Part shown: positions 20,772 through 27,603 of the stretch, one piece after another
Position numbering within the stretch: the stretch's first letter is position 1
Layout of the letters: every line of letters begins with the position of its first letter
Assembly (NCBI GenBank): GCA_034440375.1
Contig: JAWXBZ010000052.1
Span: forward strand, 1-29,718
Length of the DNA: 29,718 bases
Reading direction: 5' to 3'
Source of the DNA: Candidatus Eiseniibacteriota bacterium
GTDB lineage: Bacteria; Eisenbacteria; RBG-16-71-46; JABDJR01; JAWXBZ01
Notes under the pieces: generated by a model
Seen by the model: only the letters and a program-made list of their open reading frames with translations
What the model was told of the DNA's origin: nothing
Databases searched by the model: none
Translations under genes and position numbers: made by a program

Positions 20772-21557
20772 TCAACGCAGGAGGTTCTTGATGTTCGTCC
20801 AGGTGGCGCCGACAACCGGCACCGGGTTCTCCTTGAAGGTTCCGTTAGTCCTGAGGCAAATGTCGGTCGGGCAGGGGCAGGGGTGACTTGCCGACACCCG
20901 AAAGTCGACGAAGACGTCGAAGAAGCTGTCGATGTAGCCGTCGTCGTCCGAGTCGGGATCGAGCGGCAGCTCGACGAACACGTCGAAGAACGACATCCGG
21001 CCGCCCGGTGATTCGCCGCGGGAGTGATAGGTGTGATCGCCGCTCGGATCGGCCACGCGATAGGTAATGTCGAAGAACGAGTCGTCGACGAAGATGTCGA
21101 AGAAGGAGTCGATGGAGCCGGGCGGGGCGGCAGGATTGACCGGAAGGAGGTGGCCCGGCGGGGAGAGCTGTTCGTTGGTGGATCGGATGACAAACTTGAC
21201 GACCGCCCTTCCATTGGCCGGAACGGCCAGGTCCTCATCAATGAAGATGTCGAAAAATGAGTCGATCGCGGGGGGAAGGCCGCCTTCGGAACCGTGCCCC
21301 TGCCCGTGGCACCGGGCATCCGGATATCCATCCAGGTCCATGTCGGCAATGGCGATGTCGACCCGCTGGGTGGCCTGGAACGAGCCGCCGAAATTGGTGC
21401 CGACGAGTGTGACCACCGATGAGGCGGGATACGGCGGACCGGCATACGGTATTTCGGTGAAGATGTCGAAAAACGAATCGACGGCCAGTGCCGGGCGCGG
21501 CGCCGCGGCAATGGCAAGAACCAGGATTCCGGCGGACAATTTAGCCATTCGTTGCAT
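20772..21557 (-). CDS. Secreted SFFD(I/V)-repeat protein with C-terminal PVPV..TWxxIK tail (261 aa)
   Basis: Start reassigned to ATG 21557 (SD GAGG). Signal peptide MQRMAKLSAGILVLAIAAAPRPALA|VDSFF; six SFFD(I/V) copies; ends PVPVVGATWTNIKNLLR. Confidence 0.85.
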   Translation of the reverse strand: MQRMAKLSAGILVLAIAAAPRPALAVDSFFDIFTEIPYAGPPYPASSVVTLVGTNFGGSFQATQRVDIAIADMDLDGYPDARCHGQGHGSEGGLPPAIDSFFDIFIDEDLAVPANGRAVVKFVIRSTNEQLSPPGHLLPVNPAAPPGSIDSFFDIFVDDSFFDITYRVADPSGDHTYHSRGESPGGRMSFFDVFVELPLDPDSDDDGYIDSFFDVFVDFRVSASHPCPCPTDICLRTNGTFKENPVPVVGATWTNIKNLLR

Positions 21558-21774
21558 GCGGGACCTCGTTAGGCGGAAGGTGGACGATTGGCTGTTGCTG
21601 ACTAATGGATGCGGGGCTCCGGTCCGAGGGCTCCTGGATGTGGTCGAAAACCCACAGGACACGCCACCAAATCGCCTTGATCTTACCAAAGCAGCAGCGT
21701 GGAACCGACCGGAATCCAAGTTCGATCGAGACCGGGCGGGATGACCCATTGGTGTCTCAACACGGTATTCCGGA

Positions 21775-22986
21775 TCAGACCCGCGCGATCAGCAGGGCGA
21801 TACCCTGTCCGCCACCGACACAAGCCGACGAGATGCCGTACGTGCCGCCACGCCGGCCCAGCTCCAGCGCCAGGGTCAGCGTGATCCGGGTGCCGGTGGC
21901 GCCGAGGGGATGGCCCAAGGCAATGGCGCCGCCGTTAACGTTGACTTTGTCTCGATCGAGGCCAAGGGCTCGCTCGACTCCCAGGTATTGAGCGGCGAAC
22001 GCCTCATTGATCTCGAACAGGTCGATGTCACTCAGCTTCAATTTTTCCCGCATCAGCAAATCCTGAATGGCTGGCACCGGCCCAAGTCCCATGACATCCG
22101 GCTCGACACCGACGAACGACCAGTTGACGATCCGCGCCAACGGCTTCAAGCCCCTGGCATGCACGGCCTCCTCGGAGGCAAGGACCACCGCCGCACCGCC
22201 GTCCACGATTCCGCTGGCGTTGCCGGCGGTTACAGAGCCGTCCTTGCTGAACGCCGCGGGCAGCCTGGCCAGATCCTCCATCGTCGTGTCGAACCGCATA
22301 TGGTCGTCCTGATCCACGAGAATGGTGTTGCGCCCCTGTTTCACCTCAACGGGAACAATCTCATCCTTGAACAGACCCTTCTGAAAGGCCGCTTCAGCCG
22401 CCTTCTGGCTGCGAACGGCATACTCATCCTGGTCCTGCCGGCTGATTTCCATTTTCTTCGCAATGTTCTCGGCCGTCTGCGCCATGAAAAAACCGCAGTA
22501 GGGATCGAGCAGGGCAGCCATCAGCAGGTCGTCCAGCTTCCCCTGTCCGAGGCGCAGGCCACCACGCAGACCATGCAGGACATGGGGCGCCTGGCTCATG
22601 TTCTCCATGCCGCCAGCCAGCACCGTCTTCGCGCGGCCAAGCTGAATCTGCTCCGCGGCCGAAACGATCGACTGGATGCCGGAGCCGCAGATTCGGTTCA
22701 CCGTGAGCGCCGGAACATGAAACGGTACCCCGGCCTTGAGTGCCACGTGGCGGGCACCATAAATGGCATCGTTCGAGGTCTGGAGCGCATTGCCGAAGAT
22801 GGCCTGATCGATCTCGGCCGGCGAAATTCCGGAGCGCTTCAGCGCCTCCTTCGCGGCCAGTGCCCCCAGCTCCAGGGCCGACAGGCCGGCGAAAAGTCCG
22901 CCGGGCTTGCCGTCGCCGCGCCGACCCGATTCATATTCGCACATGGGTGTCCGGGCGCCGGCCACCAGGAATACGTTGGTGCTCAT
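21775..22986 (-). CDS. Acetyl-CoA C-acyltransferase (thiolase)
   Basis: NRICGSG (catalytic Cys), NEAFA, GHPLGATG, CVGGGQG. Start reassigned to ATG 22986 (MSTNVFLV), 7 nt after the crotonase stop. Confidence 0.95.
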   Translation of the reverse strand: MSTNVFLVAGARTPMCEYESGRRGDGKPGGLFAGLSALELGALAAKEALKRSGISPAEIDQAIFGNALQTSNDAIYGARHVALKAGVPFHVPALTVNRICGSGIQSIVSAAEQIQLGRAKTVLAGGMENMSQAPHVLHGLRGGLRLGQGKLDDLLMAALLDPYCGFFMAQTAENIAKKMEISRQDQDEYAVRSQKAAEAAFQKGLFKDEIVPVEVKQGRNTILVDQDDHMRFDTTMEDLARLPAAFSKDGSVTAGNASGIVDGGAAVVLASEEAVHARGLKPLARIVNWSFVGVEPDVMGLGPVPAIQDLLMREKLKLSDIDLFEINEAFAAQYLGVERALGLDRDKVNVNGGAIALGHPLGATGTRITLTLALELGRRGGTYGISSACVGGGQGIALLIARV

Positions 22987-22993
22987 TGTATCC

Positions 22994-23776
22994 TCACTCG
23001 TTCCTGAAGGCCGCCGGACGCTTTTCGAGGAAGGCATTGAGCCCTTCCTTCATGTCGACGGTGGAGGCCACGACGCCGAAGAGCTGCGCCTCCAGATTAA
23101 GTCCGTTGTCCAGGTCCATGTCCATGCCGCGATGCACCGCTTCGATGCAGAGCCGCACCGCGATGGGCCCCTTGGCCATGATGGTGTTCAACATTTCTTC
23201 GGCCGCGGCCATCAGCTCCGGCTGCGGCACCACCTTGTTCACGAGCCCCAGGCGATGCGCTTCCTCGGCCGTTATCGCCCGCCCGGTGATGATCAGCTCG
23301 AGCGCGATCCCCTTACCGACCAGCCGCGGCAACCGCTGCGTGCCGCCGTACCCGGGGATGATTCCGAGGTTCACCTCCGGCTGGCCCATCTTCGCGTTGT
23401 CGCTGGCGATCCGCAGCGTGCAGGCCATCGCCAGCTCGCAACCACCGCCGTAGCAGTGCCCGTTGATGGCCGCGATGACCGGCTTTCCGCACAGTTCGAT
23501 GTCACGCAGAATCGCCTGCCCGCGCAACGCCGTCTGGACGCCCGCAACCGGCGAGTTGCGCCGCAGCTCGTCGATATCGGCCCCTGCGCAGAACGCCTTT
23601 TCGCCCGATCCGGTGATGATGACGCCCCCGACCTCGGGATTGCACTTCACCTCACCGAACGCGCGATGTATCTCTTCCATCAACGCCCCGTTCAGAGCGT
23701 TCAATACCTTGGGTCGGTTCAGGGTGATGAGGCCGATCCGTCCCTTGACCTCGTATGTGATCAGTTCAAAAGACAT
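22994..23776 (-). CDS. crt: Enoyl-CoA hydratase (crotonase)
   Basis: AFCAGADI, GGGCELAMAC, GQPEVNLGIIPGYGGTQRL; both catalytic Glu residues present. Confidence 0.92.
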   Translation of the reverse strand: MSFELITYEVKGRIGLITLNRPKVLNALNGALMEEIHRAFGEVKCNPEVGGVIITGSGEKAFCAGADIDELRRNSPVAGVQTALRGQAILRDIELCGKPVIAAINGHCYGGGCELAMACTLRIASDNAKMGQPEVNLGIIPGYGGTQRLPRLVGKGIALELIITGRAITAEEAHRLGLVNKVVPQPELMAAAEEMLNTIMAKGPIAVRLCIEAVHRGMDMDLDNGLNLEAQLFGVVASTVDMKEGLNAFLEKRPAAFRNE

Positions 23777-23780
23777 GAGA

Positions 23781-24674
23781 TCAGGCCCCCATCACCAGCC
23801 CGGCCGTCGGCTTCGGCGGATCGGAGCTGTAGTCGTAGAACCCCTTGCCCGACTTTCGGCCATGGTAGCCCGCCAACACCATCCGCTTGAGCAGCGTGGG
23901 CGCCGCATACTCCGAACTCTTGAACTCATCGAACATGATGTTCGCGATGTAGTAGGTGGTATCGAGCCCGACAAAGTCGAGCAACGTCAACGGTCCCATC
24001 GGGTGCCCGCACCCCAGCACCATCCCCTGGTCGATGTCCGGCACCGTGGCAATTCCCATCTCCACGGCGCGAATCGCGCCCAATAGATATGGCACCAACA
24101 ATAGATTGACGACAAACCCCGGACTGTCCTTCGCCACGATCGGCGCCTTCCCCAGCGACTTCGCAAAGGAGAGTCCCTGCTCCATGGTGTCATTCGAGGT
24201 ATTGAGGCCGCGAACGACTTCCACCAGCTTCATGAGCGGCACCGGATTGAAGAAGTGCAGTCCCAGGAATCGATCCGGCCGCCCCGACACCGCCCCCATC
24301 TCCGTGATCGACAGGCTGGAGGTGTTCGAGGCGAACAACGTGTCCGGCCCGCAAACCTTGTTCAGCGTCTGGAACGTCTCCCGCTTCAGATCCAGATTCT
24401 CGATGATGGCTTCAATGACAATGTCGCAGTCCGCCAGGTCTTCAAGCTTCGTGGTTCCCTTGAGTCGCCCCATCGTGGCATCCATGTCCGCCTGCTGGAC
24501 CTTCCCCTTCTCGACCCCCTTCGCCAGCATTCCGCGGATGCGGCCGAATCCCTTGTCGATGAAGGCGGCATCGACCTCACGGACCAGGGTGTCGTAACCG
24601 GACTGGGCCGCGATCTGAGCGATGCCCGCACCCATCAGGCCGCAGCCGAGGACGCCAACTTTCTTGATTGCCAT
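23781..24674 (-). CDS. hbd: 3-hydroxybutyryl-CoA dehydrogenase
   Basis: GCGLMGAGIA Rossmann motif, ASNTSSLSI, GLHFFNPVP, HPMGPL..LDFVGLD, GRKSGKGFY. Confidence 0.93.
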   Translation of the reverse strand: MAIKKVGVLGCGLMGAGIAQIAAQSGYDTLVREVDAAFIDKGFGRIRGMLAKGVEKGKVQQADMDATMGRLKGTTKLEDLADCDIVIEAIIENLDLKRETFQTLNKVCGPDTLFASNTSSLSITEMGAVSGRPDRFLGLHFFNPVPLMKLVEVVRGLNTSNDTMEQGLSFAKSLGKAPIVAKDSPGFVVNLLLVPYLLGAIRAVEMGIATVPDIDQGMVLGCGHPMGPLTLLDFVGLDTTYYIANIMFDEFKSSEYAAPTLLKRMVLAGYHGRKSGKGFYDYSSDPPKPTAGLVMGA

Positions 24675-24892
24675 GAGGAAGCCTCCAGATTCACCCGGGG
24701 TAGCCCAGTTCTAACGTTCATGCCGGCATCGTTTTGCAGCTACAACAAGTCGCGCCCGTAACATTTTGAGCGGCGGACAGCATAGCATGGTGGTTCCGGA
24801 CGACAAACGGCGGGAGGGGCGCTCCCAATCGGCAAGCGGTCGATTACTCGGACCCTCAAAATCATTGATGACCTTGACCGACAACGACTTCG

Positions 24893-25210
24893 TCAAAGGT
24901 GGCGTCGAATATCACGACCGCCGTGCAAGACTCGGAGTACAAGAATCCCGCCGGGGGTCGTCTTGTAGAAGATGAGGTATGTCGGGAAGTGTGGGACCGG
25001 CCAACTTCTTACGTTCTTGAGGGCCGAGTTTCTCCAGGCGGTTGAGTGACCGACTTGAGGAAAGTAAAGAAGTGTGTCGAGCGCGATCTCGGCGCAGTCG
25101 AGAAACCTTTCCGCAAGCACGATCGTGCCAGACTCGATCGCCAGGTGAGTGGCGATCTGACTGAGGTCAGCTTCAGCCTTGGCTGTCTTTCTTGCTCTTC
25201 TTCCCGCCAT
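24893..25210 (-). CDS. parE: Type II toxin, RelE/ParE family
   Basis: AEADL..I..HL N-terminus, FPQVG, YLIFY, C-terminal VLRVLHGGRDI; overlaps the 3' end of the antitoxin gene. Confidence 0.88.
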   Translation of the reverse strand: MAGRRARKTAKAEADLSQIATHLAIESGTIVLAERFLDCAEIALDTLLYFPQVGHSTAWRNSALKNVRSWPVPHFPTYLIFYKTTPGGILVLRVLHGGRDIRRHL

Positions 25211-25466
25211 TGACAACTTTCTCGTGCGTCAGGCGGCGGGTCACCTCGGCGCGTATCCTGTCCCAGTCGTTTCGGGTCATCACGGAGCTTGGGCCCTTCA
25301 GGCCCTCGAGCAGCAGTTCCTCAAGTTGCTCCTGGGTCCGCATTTTCTGATCCTGCCGGATCAGGTCACGGATGTATTCACTCGTGTTGCCGTACTTGCC
25401 AAGTTTGACCTGGGATTCCACCCAGCGGCGCAACGGCTCGGGAATTGAAATATTCATGCTCGGCAA
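25173..25466 (-). CDS. parD: Type II antitoxin, ParD family (ribbon-helix-helix, CC2985-like)
   Basis: MNISIPEPLRRWVESQV..GKYGNTSEYIRDLIR..LEELLLEGL pattern; TTG start behind SD AGGAGG. Confidence 0.9.
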   Translation of the reverse strand: MPSMNISIPEPLRRWVESQVKLGKYGNTSEYIRDLIRQDQKMRTQEQLEELLLEGLKGPSSVMTRNDWDRIRAEVTRRLTHEKVVNGGKKSKKDSQG

Positions 25467-25479
25467 CTGGTTCCCCTCC

Positions 25480-25520
25480 TGTCAAGAAGAGGGTGAGCGC
25501 GATGCCAATAGATGTCAATA
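25480..25520 (-). promoter_or_regulatory. Candidate parDE promoter/operator
   Basis: Tandem 10-bp repeat GATGCCAATA/GATGTCAATA (25501-25520) contains a minus-strand TTGACA; a further TGTCAA lies at 25480-25485. Confidence 0.5.
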
Positions 25521-25668
25521 AAAAGCAAAGCGGCGGGGCTCAGCTTTTCATGCGACACCCAGTGAGCCAGGACGGAGCTGTGTCAGGCAACTGAATGATG
25601 GCTGCACTTATCACGACTCTTAACACATTCATGTATATCAACTTATCTGATTTTCAATAAATCTGCAT

Positions 25669-25699
25669 ATTAATAATTGACAACTGGTCAATTATTAAT
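25669..25699 (+). promoter_or_regulatory. 13-bp perfect inverted repeat (candidate operator) overlapping a TTGACA -35 upstream of the Fic gene
   Basis: ATTAATAATTGAC-aactg-GTCAATTATTAAT, with TTGACA at 25677-25682, ending 12 nt before ATG 25712. Confidence 0.7.
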
Positions 25700-25711
25700 G
25701 AACATTTTATC

Positions 25712-26878
25712 ATGATCTTCAAGGCACCCACAGTCTCCCCCGGAGAGCGGCGCATCCACGACCAGGTCGATGCGTTGCGGCAGAACCTGGGCTATGCGAC
25801 GCAGGCCAGGGTTTGGACCGGGGCTCTTCGACGAGTCATGCTGGCCAGGGCGGTCCAGGGGTCGAACAGTATCGAGGGGATCCTGGCAACCATGGATGAC
25901 GTGCTGGCGGTCGATGACGGCGAGCCGGCCATGGAGGCGTCCGACGAAATAGTACTCGCCATCGCCGGCTATCGGGATGCCATGACCTACGTGCTGCAAC
26001 TGGCCGATGACCCGTTCTTCACCATCTCCCCGGAACTGATTCGCAGTCTGCACTTCATGATGATGAAGCACGAGCTGACCAGGTATACCGGACGATGGAG
26101 GCCGGGGCCGGGGCTGGTCGTGGACGAAAGGAGCGGCGATGTCGTCTACGAGGGGCCGTCGTCCGATGTCGTGCCCGGTCTGATGTCGGAATTGGTCGGC
26201 ACTATTCAGACTGATGATTCACCGGTCATGATCCGGGCGGCCATGGCGCACCTCAATCTGGCCATGATCCATCCGTTCAAGGGTGGAAACGGACGGATGG
26301 CCCGGGTGCTGCAGACGCTGATCCTGGCCCGCGAGGGAATCCTGGCTCCCCAGTTCTGCAGCATCGAAGAGTATCTCGGCCGAAACACGGCTGATTACTA
26401 CCGGGCGCTGGCCCTCGCCGGCCAGGGAAAGTGGAATCCGGAACGCGACGCAAGAGTCTGGATTCGGTTTTGCCTGACCGCGCATTACCGGCAGGCCGTC
26501 ACGCTGCTGCGCCGAACGCGTGAGTTGAATCGTCTGTGGGATCGCCTGGCCGAGGAGTGCCAGAAGCGACGGCTGCCCGACCGCATGATTCCGGCCCTGG
26601 CGGACGCGGCCATGGGCTACCGCGTTCGGACAACCGGTTACCGGGCACAGAGCGACCTGACGCAGAATTCAGCCAGTCGCGATCTCACGGCCCTCGCCAG
26701 GGCCGGGCTCCTCGAGGCTCATGGCGAAAAGCGAGGCAGATTCTACGTCGGCTCAACGCGGCTGGTCGAACTCCGAAAGGCGCTCCGGGAAGCGCGTGTG
26801 ACAATCCGGGATCCATTCGCCGACCCCAATGTCGATCAGGAGACCCTGCCGGGACTGGATCTGCCTGGTGTTGCTTGA
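25712..26878 (+). CDS. Fic family protein (class II, N-terminal inhibitory motif, probable C-terminal winged HTH)
   Basis: SNSIEG matches (S/T)xxxE(G/N); Fic motif HPFKGGNGRMAR; C-terminal TQNSASRDLTALARAGLLEAHGEKRGRFY resembles a wHTH. Confidence 0.9.
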   Translation: MIFKAPTVSPGERRIHDQVDALRQNLGYATQARVWTGALRRVMLARAVQGSNSIEGILATMDDVLAVDDGEPAMEASDEIVLAIAGYRDAMTYVLQLADDPFFTISPELIRSLHFMMMKHELTRYTGRWRPGPGLVVDERSGDVVYEGPSSDVVPGLMSELVGTIQTDDSPVMIRAAMAHLNLAMIHPFKGGNGRMARVLQTLILAREGILAPQFCSIEEYLGRNTADYYRALALAGQGKWNPERDARVWIRFCLTAHYRQAVTLLRRTRELNRLWDRLAEECQKRRLPDRMIPALADAAMGYRVRTTGYRAQSDLTQNSASRDLTALARAGLLEAHGEKRGRFYVGSTRLVELRKALREARVTIRDPFADPNVDQETLPGLDLPGVA

Positions 26879-26887
26879 CGTTGGAGC

Positions 26888-27280
26888 TTACGGTCGCTTC
26901 CGGGATGACAACCGAAGCCACGCGGCAAATTCGGCCTGATCCAGCTTCCGAGTGGCAAGCGCCAGCGTCGCGGCCACGGCGTCGGACTCGGAAGTTTCCA
27001 AACTTGCGCCATTGATTTCCAGGAAAACGCCTGCGGCGACAAGAGCCAGCCGTTTGTTTCCATCATGGAACGGATGGTTACGGATCAGGGCGTGTGCATA
27101 GGCGGCGGCGAGATCGAAGAGGTCGGCGTTGGCGTAGGCTTCTCGATTGCGGGGATTTGCCAGGGCCGATTCGAGGAGTCCGTCATCGCGCAGGCCGGCG
27201 GCTCCTCCATGTTCGGCGAGCAAAGCATCGTGCATGGCCAGGACTGCCGACTTGCTCAGCCACCGTGGCTGACGTTTCAC
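26888..27280 (-). CDS. doc: Death-on-curing (Doc) family toxin
   Basis: HGGAAGLRD.GLLESAL..P and NHPFHDGNKR (Doc-type Lys in the Fic motif); 4-nt overlap with the antitoxin gene. Confidence 0.92.
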   Translation of the reverse strand: MKRQPRWLSKSAVLAMHDALLAEHGGAAGLRDDGLLESALANPRNREAYANADLFDLAAAYAHALIRNHPFHDGNKRLALVAAGVFLEINGASLETSESDAVAATLALATRKLDQAEFAAWLRLSSRKRP

Positions 27281-27501
27281 TTCGCCAGTTCACGCAGGGC
27301 GTTGCGGTAGCGCTTCATGAAATCTTCGGCCGCCTTCATCGTGGCCTCGAACTCCGGATCGTACGGCGTGAGGCGATAGCCTTCCGGAGTCTCTGTCAGG
27401 TAAAGCTTGTCGCCTTCCTTAACGCCGAGTACTTGGGCGGCCTGAGCTGGCAAGGTGACGCCAAGCGAGTTGCCGAGCTTTCTGACCTTGAGTTCCACCA
27501 T
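27277..27501 (-). CDS. AbrB/MazE-family antitoxin paired with Doc
   Basis: LKVRKLGNSLGVTLP..LGVKEGDKLY, LTPYDPEF, YRNALRELAK; ATG 27501 behind SD GGAGG. Confidence 0.9.
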   Translation of the reverse strand: MVELKVRKLGNSLGVTLPAQAAQVLGVKEGDKLYLTETPEGYRLTPYDPEFEATMKAAEDFMKRYRNALRELAK

Positions 27502-27511
27502 GATCACCTCC

Positions 27512-27551
27512 GGTTATACAAATGTTATAACAATGCCGGTGGTGACCGCAA
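27512..27551 (-). promoter_or_regulatory. Promoter/operator of the AbrB-Doc operon
   Basis: Perfect palindrome TGTTATAACA (27523-27532) overlaps an extended -10 (TGtTATAAC). A degenerate second copy GGTTATACA lies at 27512-27520 and a TTGCGG -35-like hexamer lies upstream. Confidence 0.65.
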
Positions 27552-27603
27552 GAAGAATTAGCCCACACAAGATCCGACTGCGGATCCCATCAGGACTACT
27601 ACC

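Noticed and set aside
20905-21485. Recurrent GAAGATGTCGAA-like DNA repeats as a CRISPR or other nucleotide array
   Set aside because: Spacing is irregular and variation is synonymous, so these are the coding SFFD(I/V) peptide repeats. No cas genes are present.
21558-21749. N-terminal 64-aa extension of the SFFD protein in the ORF track
   Set aside because: ATG 21557 has an SD and begins a clean signal peptide; the extension looks like translated promoter or UTR sequence.
24675-27603. TA/Fic cluster as an IS, integron or prophage remnant
   Set aside because: No transposase or integrase, attC-like sites, terminal inverted repeats or target-site duplications could be identified.
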